Shown: positions 37,618-46,620 of the stretch, piece by piece
How the letters are laid out: each line of letters begins with the position of its first letter
Numbering within the stretch: the first letter of the stretch is position 1
Virus record (IMG/VR): IMGVR_UViG_3300021138_000017
Span: 1-64,000 of that record
Strand: one strand, 5' to 3'
Length of the DNA: 64,000 bases
DNA from: a virus
Translations under genes and position numbers: made by a program
The notes under the pieces: generated by a model
What the model was told of the DNA's origin: nothing
The model's input: the letters and a program-made list of their open reading frames with translations, nothing else
Databases searched by the model: none

Positions 37618-40600
37618 TTATCCTAAACGTCCAGAAGCAGTACCACAGTTATTGAATGTTACCGTTGAGGATCCTTTAACTAAGTAGTAGCCAGCACTGC
37701 CCCCGTATCCGGCTCCACCACCATAACCAGCACCGTTACCATTTCCGCCGCCACCGTTATTTCCAGGAGTGCCTGGACAACCTGGAGTTCCTGGGCTTCC
37801 CGGATTTCCCGGAGCTCCGGTGTTACCAAATGCTCCACCGGCACCTCCGTGTCCACCTGTACCACCGGCACCTCCTGCCCCACCTGTACCAGCGTTAGTT
37901 CCTCCAGCACTTCCAGCCGATCCAGCACTTCCTGCGCTTCCACTTGATCCAGAACCTGCTGATTGATTATATCCTTGTCCTACACCACCGGCTCCGCCAG
38001 CTCCACCACCGCCACCTGCACCACCTGCTCCTCCGCATGTATAAACGGTACTGTTTTGGTATTGTCCAATAGAATAACAACCGCAGTTATGAGTTCCGGT
38101 TTCTAAAGCACCGGTTTGATAAGTTTTTCCATCATAAGGGGAAACTACAGTTGTACCAGGTCCTGGTATTAAACCAGCGCCACAACTATATACAACTAAG
38201 CAATTCCAAATCCAAGTATTGTGGTACCTATAATCTCCACAGCAATAGCAAAGATATTGTGATACTACAGAAACAGGGGGATACTGGCTATACTGAAAAT
38301 TGTACCCCGAACTGCCGTAATATCCGCCACCACCTGCCCCACCTGGTCCACCACATCCACCAACTCCACCTGCTCCTCCACCGCCACCACCTGCTGATAC
38401 AGATCCATAATTATTAATTATAGTAGAAGTAGTTGTTTGAGCGCAGATAGCGTTTCCACCTGTACCACCCGGAGCTGATCCACCATATCCTTGTATACTA
38501 CCATAATTGTTAAGTGTCATGGTACTACCTGATGGAAATGAACCAATAGTTAATGCGTTATTGCCAGGAGTTCCGCCAACTGTTACTCCATTATTAATTG
38601 TAACAGTATAAGCGGCTTGTGGCTTAGGACTAAACAAACTAGATAAATTTAAATTAGTAACAGGCGATGCTACTGTATACGATTTAGATTGTAAATATCC
38701 CAGTGTTCCCGGAGAAGTAAATTTGTGTATAATTTTTCCTCCAGAAGATGTTATTGTTCCACCAGCAAATTTTTGCGGAGCAGGATAAGAAATAATTACG
38801 ACACCAGATCCGCCTAATCCAGCATATAGACTTGGATAACAACCACCATCGTACCCACCGGCACCACCACCACCAGATCCTGTTCCTGCTGCTCCAGGGT
38901 TAGCATTATTATATCTAGATCCGCCAGCACCACCGATGCCACAGGTGTTGCCACCCGGATTTCCACCACATCCAGAACTGTTGCCACCACCACCACCGGC
39001 CGCATAACGTAGAGTAGAACCAGTTATATCGCTGGCCACTCCTGCTCCACCGGCACCACCATTTATTCCACTTGGGCAGGCGTTAGCACCAGCACCACCA
39101 GCACCACCACCACCACCACCACCTCCAGGATGGCCACCGTATCCTCCAGGATTGCCCTGTCCAGGTGTTCCACTTCCTCCAGCACAACCAGGTGCCCCAT
39201 AAGTTCCGCCCCCAGATCCTCCAGCAGTTCCAGCAGGCGAATTACCGCTACCACCACCGTAGGCGGTCATACCATTAAATGAAGAATCAGACCCTGGTAA
39301 ATTGCCTCCAGTAGCTCCAGCTCCTACTACCACAGGATACGCATTAAGACTACACAATGGTGTTGTTCCAGTTAGCAAACCACCAGCGCCACCGCCACCG
39401 CCACCAGTTTCAATACTGCCACTTAAATTTTGACCGCCACCACCGCCTCCTACTATAAGATATCTTACAGTAACAGATGATGGTGGTTTACTTCCATAAA
39501 CTCTACTAACACAATTACAGGTCCAATATACATAAACAGAACCTGGCGCACTTATAGCTGCTCCAGCACTTCCATAATTGCTAACATAGCCGTTATCTCC
39601 ACCGGATGCTCCCCAACCGCCGCCGCCACCGGCATTGCCACCGTTACCATTACCTTCTCCACCTCTTTGTCCGGCTCCGCCACCGCTACTCTGTGCGGGA
39701 CCAAAACGGTTACCTTGACCTGCTCCGGCACCACCTGCTGATCCGCCAATTCCTATATAACAAGATGAAGCTATTGGGCTTCCCGGTAATACTCTTCCAC
39801 CACCTCCACCGCCGTATCCTCCACAGCAAGGACAAGAACCACCGTTTCCTCCTGGTTGTCCAATATTACCTCCGCAGCCTCCATAAGGAGCCCCACCTGC
39901 TCCACCACCGGCACCACCACCACCGCCAGCATTGCCGTAATAACCGCCGCCGCCTCCACCACCGCCACCTGCGATATATCCAGTAGGACTTGTATTATTA
40001 ATTGTTATTGGATAACTTATACTTAAGGCTGGTCCTCCAGGTTGACCGGAGCCTCCACAATTACCACCATGTCCACCTTGTCCTATAATATATCCGCGAT
40101 TTATTAAATTAAAAGTGTCCCCAGTTGTTCCACCATTAATTGTCAATCCAGCATTACTAATAGCGGTAGCATATAAGTAAACTCCGCTGTTAACTGTAAT
40201 AGTTACCGTAGTAGATCCGGCGGTATATCCAGGTAAAGAGGGTACATTTAACACCGCGTTAGCTCGAGGACTACTATATGTATAATTTACTACGCCAGGT
40301 GTAACCACTTCAATTTCAACTACTCCTGGAGAACCGTTACCTCCCTTACGAGCAGGATATCCATAACAGGTAATATGTGCTCCGCTTCCTCCGTTGCCAT
40401 ATCCAGTAGCATTATTACCGCAATTATTGCCACATACACCAGCACCTGCTGAGCCACAACCATAACTATAACCCGCTGACCCACCTGGTCCAGAACTTGT
40501 ACATCTACCGCCAGGACTGCCGGCTGAACCGCTGGCACCCGAATGTGGTGAAATAGCTGTTGTAAAAGTGCCTCCGCCTCCAGACGCTGTGGGACCTACT

Positions 40601-43497
40601 GTTCCAGTTTTACTAGCTCCGCCGCCACCGCCAGTGGCTGTAACATAACTACCAAAACTGCTAGTTCCACCAGAAGCGCCTGCTCCTTCGGGGTATGCTC
40701 CTGCTCCACCACTGCCAACTCCGATATTAGTAAACAGCGAAATACAATTACTACAAACTACGATATATCCGCCACCAGCTCCGCCGCCACCAGCGCCATT
40801 ATAACAGTCTTGATAACAACCAGTTCGAGCACCACCACCACCGCCACCGCCACCTATAACTCTAACCAATAATTGAGTATTAGTTGTGGGCTTAATAAAT
40901 AGGCCCGGACTTGTGTATGTAACAGGTAATGGTGTAGGAGCATTAGTAAAAATACCTGGACTTGTGTATGTGTGTATTGTATTACAACCAGATGATGTAA
41001 CAGTACCACCTGCAAATTGTACGTTGCCAGGATAAGATATAATCACTATACCTTGATATCCATTACCTCCAGGATAGTTGGTATGGCTACCCCCACAATA
41101 GCTTCCTCCACCGCCTCCTGCTCCATAGACTGTACCAGGATATCCTGGGGCATGACTGGGGCCGCCGCCGTGACCACCGCCACCAGAACCCCCGTTAGCG
41201 CCACCATTTCCAGCGGTTATGTATCCAGCTCCACCGCCACCACCGGCATAAGTAACACTTGATCCTGAAATATTACTCGACGAACCACATCCACCTGCCT
41301 CGGCACCACCTCCATTTGTGTACCCTGAACGTCCAGCACCACCGCCACCACCTGTGGCATAGTAAACACCTGATCCTACTGACCCGGGATAACCTTGGCC
41401 TGGAACGCCTGTTCCTGCTGTTGATCCTATTCGAGCGCCACCACCAGATGCCCCTGGAGAAGCTGGATTAGGAACACATTGTCCACCGCGAGAAGTCAAT
41501 GTACCTGGACTATAGAAATAATGATAAACAACTCCACCAGAACTGGTTACACATCCACCACACCATACTTGACTTCCTGAATAGGCTACAACTACAATGC
41601 CAGGACCGCCATTACCGCCAGCTCTATACCAAAATCCACCACCGCCACCACCGCCAGTAGCATAAGCGCCACATATAGACAAACATGGGTTACAGTAAGG
41701 ATCTCCGCCATTAGCATGTCCGCCACCGTCTGAACTGGATCCGTAATATCCCGATCCACCGCCTGCGTAATAATTTCCTGTTATATTGCTTTTTCTACCA
41801 GCTCCACCATAAGAGGGACCTGCGTCATAATTGCTAGCACTGCCACCAGAACCACCTGCTCCGCCGCCACCTGCTGATGCGTATACACCGGTATTAGCGG
41901 ATCCATTTCCTCCAGGATAGCCTTGACCGCATACTCCTGAACCAGCCCCTCCGCCGTTAGTTCCTTGTCCAGCACCACCTCCCGATCCTCCAGGATTACC
42001 CCCAGCCAGTGCGCCACCACCTCCGCCACCGCCGTAAGCTCGAAAACCCGCAAATACACTGTCTCCGCCATTACATCCTGTTCCGTAGTTTTGTGCTATG
42101 GCAGCCCCTGCTCCACCACCACCAACACAAACTGAATAGTTACAGCTTCCGTTGAGAGTAGTACTAGAACAAATCATACCACCCGCTCCTCCGCCGCCAC
42201 CTTTAGAATTACCACCTGATCCGCCACCACCTCCTCCGCCAACAAGAAGGAAATTCACTGTTTTAATGCCAAAAGGTGTAAATGTTGGACTGGTACCACC
42301 TCCTCCACCACCGCAGGCTTTAGCAATACAAGTTGGGCCTGATGATATTTTACTGAGAGAGCCAGCACTTCCTACATTTTTTCCAGATCCACCTCCGCCC
42401 CCACATCCTACGGTTATACTATAATTAATTGGAGTACCTGGCGGAACTGCTATACATCCTGGAACAAATCCACCAGCTCCACCACCAGAACCTAATCCGC
42501 CACCGCCACCGCCACCTCCACCTATTACAAGATATTTTACAGGTAAATATGCCGGAGCGTCATTGGTAACACTAACAGAAGAATTTATAGTGGGAGTTCC
42601 CCAAGTATTAGTCAAATATGTGGTTTCTGGCGCAATATAAGTTACGACTGTTGTAGGTGCTGTACCAAATGATACGCCTGAAGTTGCTGTTCCTCCACTT
42701 ATAACATCAGTAGTGGTACTAGCCCAAGTAGTCGAAATAGTAATTGTACTAGATCCATCATAAGATGCTAATACTCTTACTTGATTGCTTGAATATGAAG
42801 GAGAAGTATCATGCTGTATATATAATATAGTCGGAGTAGAAGTTAATTGAGCAAAACCTTTTGAAGTAGCTAAAGTTGTTGGTGTTCCTGTGCCACCAAT
42901 TTTAGTAGTTCCGGTATATGTTTGCCCATTAATTGTTTTACTAGCACCTGTACTGGACAAATAAATTGTTCCACATACATTATTAATAAAATTATTCCAC
43001 TCAGTATCTCCAGGTTGCCCTGTTGAAGTTTTACTTAATTGTATTTTAACTAACCCGCCGGAATTAAAAAAATGATTAGCAGATGCCGCATTAGCAAAAG
43101 TTATAGTATCTGTATATGTAATTGACCAAGTGCCACCAATACCTGCCCCCGAAGTAGCACTAGCTGTACCTGTCCATGTAGTATACTGAGCGCCTGATGA
43201 GTTGGCATTAAATTTATGACTGTTTATACTGGAAATATCATTAGCTACATTAGAAAGTATGGTTATTAATTGCCCTTTTGAAGGATCAATTCTTGATGTA
43301 ATTGCGGTACCTTGATGAGCGGCGGCATTGGCAATAGCATCGTTTAATGACGCCCATTCTGATGCCTGAACCTTTGCGTATTGATTAACACTTGTTACAG
43401 CAGTTTGACCATAAGCTGTATTCCAAACCGCGTTAGTGTTGCCGGCAAAAGTGTTAAAATCTGACGCTTGTATTAATCCGCCAGTTACGTAGGTCAT
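37618..43497 (-). CDS. glycine-rich, Cys-studded tail fibre / multi-adhesin
   Basis: N-terminal ~310 aa paralogous to 43517-44464, then about six poly-Gly modules, two resembling the T-even gp38 adhesin (INN..GYIAGGGGGGG). Confidence 0.8.
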   Translation of the reverse strand: MTYVTGGLIQASDFNTFAGNTNAVWNTAYGQTAVTSVNQYAKVQASEWASLNDAIANAAAHQGTAITSRIDPSKGQLITILSNVANDISSINSHKFNANSSGAQYTTWTGTASATSGAGIGGTWSITYTDTITFANAASANHFFNSGGLVKIQLSKTSTGQPGDTEWNNFINNVCGTIYLSSTGASKTINGQTYTGTTKIGGTGTPTTLATSKGFAQLTSTPTILYIQHDTSPSYSSNQVRVLASYDGSSTITISTTWASTTTDVISGGTATSGVSFGTAPTTVVTYIAPETTYLTNTWGTPTINSSVSVTNDAPAYLPVKYLVIGGGGGGGGGLGSGGGAGGFVPGCIAVPPGTPINYSITVGCGGGGGSGKNVGSAGSLSKISSGPTCIAKACGGGGGGTSPTFTPFGIKTVNFLLVGGGGGGGSGGNSKGGGGGAGGMICSSTTLNGSCNYSVCVGGGGAGAAIAQNYGTGCNGGDSVFAGFRAYGGGGGGGALAGGNPGGSGGGAGQGTNGGGAGSGVCGQGYPGGNGSANTGVYASAGGGGAGGSGGSASNYDAGPSYGGAGRKSNITGNYYAGGGSGYYGSSSDGGGHANGGDPYCNPCLSICGAYATGGGGGGGFWYRAGGNGGPGIVVVAYSGSQVWCGGCVTSSGGVVYHYFYSPGTLTSRGGQCVPNPASPGASGGGARIGSTAGTGVPGQGYPGSVGSGVYYATGGGGGAGRSGYTNGGGAEAGGCGSSSNISGSSVTYAGGGGGAGYITAGNGGANGGSGGGGHGGGPSHAPGYPGTVYGAGGGGGSYCGGSHTNYPGGNGYQGIVIISYPGNVQFAGGTVTSSGCNTIHTYTSPGIFTNAPTPLPVTYTSPGLFIKPTTNTQLLVRVIGGGGGGGGARTGCYQDCYNGAGGGGAGGGYIVVCSNCISLFTNIGVGSGGAGAYPEGAGASGGTSSFGSYVTATGGGGGASKTGTVGPTASGGGGTFTTAISPHSGASGSAGSPGGRCTSSGPGGSAGYSYGCGSAGAGVCGNNCGNNATGYGNGGSGAHITCYGYPARKGGNGSPGVVEIEVVTPGVVNYTYSSPRANAVLNVPSLPGYTAGSTTVTITVNSGVYLYATAISNAGLTINGGTTGDTFNLINRGYIIGQGGHGGNCGGSGQPGGPALSISYPITINNTSPTGYIAGGGGGGGGGYYGNAGGGGGAGGGAGGAPYGGCGGNIGQPGGNGGSCPCCGGYGGGGGGRVLPGSPIASSCYIGIGGSAGGAGAGQGNRFGPAQSSGGGAGQRGGEGNGNGGNAGGGGGWGASGGDNGYVSNYGSAGAAISAPGSVYVYWTCNCVSRVYGSKPPSSVTVRYLIVGGGGGGQNLSGSIETGGGGGGAGGLLTGTTPLCSLNAYPVVVGAGATGGNLPGSDSSFNGMTAYGGGSGNSPAGTAGGSGGGTYGAPGCAGGSGTPGQGNPGGYGGHPGGGGGGGGAGGAGANACPSGINGGAGGAGVASDITGSTLRYAAGGGGGNSSGCGGNPGGNTCGIGGAGGSRYNNANPGAAGTGSGGGGAGGYDGGCYPSLYAGLGGSGVVIISYPAPQKFAGGTITSSGGKIIHKFTSPGTLGYLQSKSYTVASPVTNLNLSSLFSPKPQAAYTVTINNGVTVGGTPGNNALTIGSFPSGSTMTLNNYGSIQGYGGSAPGGTGGNAICAQTTTSTIINNYGSVSAGGGGGGAGGVGGCGGPGGAGGGGYYGSSGYNFQYSQYPPVSVVSQYLCYCCGDYRYHNTWIWNCLVVYSCGAGLIPGPGTTVVSPYDGKTYQTGALETGTHNCGCYSIGQYQNSTVYTCGGAGGAGGGGGAGGAGGVGQGYNQSAGSGSSGSAGSAGSAGSAGGTNAGTGGAGGAGGTGGHGGAGGAFGNTGAPGNPGSPGTPGCPGTPGNNGGGGNGNGAGYGGGAGYGGSAGYYLVKGSSTVTFNNCGTASGRLG

Positions 43498-43516
43498 TGC
43501 TTTTTCCTGTTGTTAT

Positions 43517-44464
43517 TTAACTGTTAGTTACCGAAACAGAAGAAGCTACTGTCGGAGTGCCCCAAGTATTGGTTAAGTGTGTAGTTTCCGGCGCATAGTA
43601 AGTTACAACTGTTGTAGGAGCAGTGCCAAAGACTATACCTGTGGTTGCTGTACCACCACTTATTACCGCAGTTGGTCCAGAATTATGCCATGTTGTTACA
43701 AAAGTTAAAGTTGTACTTCCGTTGTAGGCGGCAGATATACTTAGATTGTTAGTTGAATAACTATATCCAGTGTCGTACTGTGTATACAATACAGCCGGTG
43801 TGGAATTCAATTGAGCAAAACCTATAGTGGTATTTAAAACACTAGGAGTACCAGTGCCACCAATTTTGGTAGTTCCAGTATACGTTTGCCCATTAATCGT
43901 TTTACTAGTACCTGTGCTAGACAAATAAATTGTTCCACATACTGTTCCAATAAAACTATTCCATTCTGCGTCTCCCGCATGTCCTGTGGATGTTTTACTA
44001 AACTGTATTTTAACTGTAGCCCCAGAATTAAAAAAACTAGTGGCTGCTGTAGCGTTGGCAAATGTTACTGTATCTGTAAATGTAATTGTCCAGGGATTAG
44101 AACCAGTACCTGTAATATCAGTAACACTGGCAGTACCTGTCCATGCTGTATACTGACTTCCTTGAGAAGCGGCATTGTAAACATTTGATGTACAGCTAGT
44201 TATGTCAGTAGATAAATTTGGTAATACCGCTACTGTTTGCCCGGCAGTAGGACTAGTTCTTGATGTAATTGTAGTGCCTTGATGAGCGGCTGCGTTAGCA
44301 ATAGTACTATTTAATGATGCCCAATTTGCCGCACTAACTGTGGCACCTTGGCTAACTGTGGACACAGACGTTTGTCCATATTTGGTATTCCAAACAGCGT
44401 TGATATTACCAGCAAAAGTATTAAAGTCTGTAGCTTGTACTAATCCACCAGTCGAATAGGTCAT
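43517..44464 (-). CDS. virion tail-fibre-associated protein
   Basis: Thr/Ser-rich; near-collinear copy of the fibre N-terminus. Confidence 0.75.
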   Translation of the reverse strand: MTYSTGGLVQATDFNTFAGNINAVWNTKYGQTSVSTVSQGATVSAANWASLNSTIANAAAHQGTTITSRTSPTAGQTVAVLPNLSTDITSCTSNVYNAASQGSQYTAWTGTASVTDITGTGSNPWTITFTDTVTFANATAATSFFNSGATVKIQFSKTSTGHAGDAEWNSFIGTVCGTIYLSSTGTSKTINGQTYTGTTKIGGTGTPSVLNTTIGFAQLNSTPAVLYTQYDTGYSYSTNNLSISAAYNGSTTLTFVTTWHNSGPTAVISGGTATTGIVFGTAPTTVVTYYAPETTHLTNTWGTPTVASSVSVTNS

Positions 44465-44478
44465 TACTATGTCCTGTC

Positions 44479-45789
44479 TTATTTAATTGTAACAATAGCT
44501 TCAACTGTACCTACGCCAGAATCTAATTTAGCTACCAGTGCTCGACCAATCACATTAAATGCTGTAGCTTCTCCAGGCTTGGCAGCACGTGCCATGCCAT
44601 CTCCGGCCGAAACTAGTCTATCACCTTTTTGTATAATCCCCGTTACCTTAACTGGTACACGTCCTGTCATAGCAACAGGAGGATGAGTTGAGCTATCTCC
44701 TGCTTGACTATTCATTAAGTAAGCTGCATTTGTGCTTATTACACCAAATACATTTTCACTTAAATCTGTGTTTGATTGAGTAATTTCTGCTATGCCACCT
44801 AGTTCAACTACTGTTCCAGCTTCATATAAAGCATCAGCTTCAAAACGTTCCGCTACGTCAGCGTATACTGCTTGTACATTACGAGCAGTAACGTTACCTG
44901 TTGATCCATTAATTGACAAACAGGATGTTAATGATCCGCCAACATTGGCAAATAAAGAAATATTACCGTTAAGGTCATAATTTGTTAATGACACGTTATT
45001 ATTGGCTACATTAATACCAAAATCTGAATTAAGTCCTACTCTAAACGCACTTGTTGATCCACTAGTAGCGTTTCCGTTATTAGAAACTGATAATGTTCCA
45101 CTAGTTCCTGTATTAACATCGGAACGCATAATTTGGCTGGGCAACAATCCTTGTAAACTTTGGGCATTAGTTGTAGTGCCGTAAAAAACAGCATTTCCAC
45201 TGCTAATTGTTGTTGAAAGTTGAATCCCAGGATGGATATTGGCAAATCCAGTAATTGCTGTAGCCGGAGTAAATGTAGCATCTTGGCTGACTATACCTAC
45301 AATATTTCCACCGGTGTATAATTCAACTACAACGTGTTGACGTGCTGAATTATCAGTAATAGTTGTGGGGATAGCTCCTGTTATACCAGTAGCTGCCGTA
45401 TAAATTGGTCCAATTAACAACCACTGTGAACCAGTCCATACATTTAATTGTTGATTAGTATTGTCATACCATAAATCGCCAACACTGTTGTTACCAGTTG
45501 GGGCTGAACTTGCGTTGTTTATTACGCCCAAAGTTTTAAACACAGCACCATTATAAACACTTAGTACTGTTGTAGAAGTATTATACCATAGTTGTCCTTT
45601 TAAAACAACAGATGGAGGTGTAGAGTTGGCGGCATTTTCTAGTAAATGAACAAAATTATCGTCCAGAAATTGACCATAACCAGCATAGTTTTTACCAACC
45701 AAAGTTTGTGAGCAACTATTGGTATTGATAGTACCGTCTGGTATTGTAGTAAGAACGTTTCCGTTCGTTAAATTAATAGTGTATGACAT
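44479..45789 (-). CDS. baseplate/tail-fibre protein with C-terminal intramolecular chaperone (peptidase G2-like) domain
   Basis: LVGKNYAGYG..LLEN..GQLWY; YADVAERF..GRVPVKV..KGDRLV. Confidence 0.8.
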   Translation of the reverse strand: MSYTINLTNGNVLTTIPDGTINTNSCSQTLVGKNYAGYGQFLDDNFVHLLENAANSTPPSVVLKGQLWYNTSTTVLSVYNGAVFKTLGVINNASSAPTGNNSVGDLWYDNTNQQLNVWTGSQWLLIGPIYTAATGITGAIPTTITDNSARQHVVVELYTGGNIVGIVSQDATFTPATAITGFANIHPGIQLSTTISSGNAVFYGTTTNAQSLQGLLPSQIMRSDVNTGTSGTLSVSNNGNATSGSTSAFRVGLNSDFGINVANNNVSLTNYDLNGNISLFANVGGSLTSCLSINGSTGNVTARNVQAVYADVAERFEADALYEAGTVVELGGIAEITQSNTDLSENVFGVISTNAAYLMNSQAGDSSTHPPVAMTGRVPVKVTGIIQKGDRLVSAGDGMARAAKPGEATAFNVIGRALVAKLDSGVGTVEAIVTIK

Positions 45790-45836
45790 TTATTTGACTC
45801 CGTCTTTATATTTAGTTTGGTATAATATACTCATAT

Positions 45837-46448
45837 TTATGCGGCGCTCAAGTTCGTTAGTGTTTGAATTCTTAAAGTATAATCAATTTGAATTTGTCTG
45901 TTAAGCGACTTTTGAACCGGATGAAAAATTACATGGGTTATTAAGTATAAATCAGTAGCGGATCCATTCCAACATTGTAATCCTAACTCATCAAAAACAT
46001 AATCACCATTAAAATTAGTACTGTTATCAAATGCCTGTTGTCCTGGGGGTTCCCCGTAATCTAATAAACAAGTTACTAAAATATCTGTATAAACATTACC
46101 AGATGTGTGTAAAACCGTCATATTATTATTAGTTGGGTCTAAATTTGAAGCAGAATTTTGATCAACTACTTTGGCATAAGTTTCGTTGTACAACGAAGCA
46201 TTTTGTCCTATTACATTTGGCGGCAAATAAGTTATTACACCTGTAGGATCTACTGCACTTCCCCCGTTTCCAAAAGCCATAGTATAAATCCAACCTGTAT
46301 TAAGTTGGTTACTAAGCGTATTAGCCATAGCTATAGAAATATTTTCATAATTAATAGCATTAGATTTATCTACTAATACTTCTCCGGTATTACGGTCTGT
46401 TATTTTTAAAAAACCCTGAATAATAGGGGTTATAGTTTGATTAGGCAT
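45837..46448 (-). CDS. virion structural (baseplate-associated) protein
   Basis: start MPNQ at 46448; FDELGL, THVIFHPVQKS, within the structural operon. Confidence 0.75.
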   Translation of the reverse strand: MPNQTITPIIQGFLKITDRNTGEVLVDKSNAINYENISIAMANTLSNQLNTGWIYTMAFGNGGSAVDPTGVITYLPPNVIGQNASLYNETYAKVVDQNSASNLDPTNNNMTVLHTSGNVYTDILVTCLLDYGEPPGQQAFDNSTNFNGDYVFDELGLQCWNGSATDLYLITHVIFHPVQKSLNRQIQIDYTLRIQTLTNLSAA

Positions 46449-46584
46449 CTTTTTGCTCCACAAATACTTTACGAGTTTTTGGGTCATAAATTTTTAAAAA
46501 TCCAGCAACATTAACGGTGCCAGTCTCATTAGGCTGTTTTTCCGGAACTGTTGGTTTTTGTTGAATAGGTGTGTTATTTTCCAT
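46441..46584 (-). CDS. 47-aa protein similar to the N-terminus of the downstream structural protein
   Basis: TAAATA-N6-ATG; GFLKIYDPKTRKVFV. Confidence 0.65.
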   Translation of the reverse strand: MENNTPIQQKPTVPEKQPNETGTVNVAGFLKIYDPKTRKVFVEQKDA

Positions 46585-46620
46585 ATAATCTATTTATTCT
46601 AATTTCAAAGTCGAAAAACC

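Noticed and set aside
37680-42424. Many short alternative-frame and antisense ORFs and (CCA/CCG)n runs
   Set aside because: By-products of poly-Gly codons in the fibre gene; not independent genes or non-coding repeats
37618-44464. Diversity-generating retroelement acting on the fibre
   Set aside because: No reverse transcriptase seen; the repeat is a coding N-terminal duplication without adenine-specific differences
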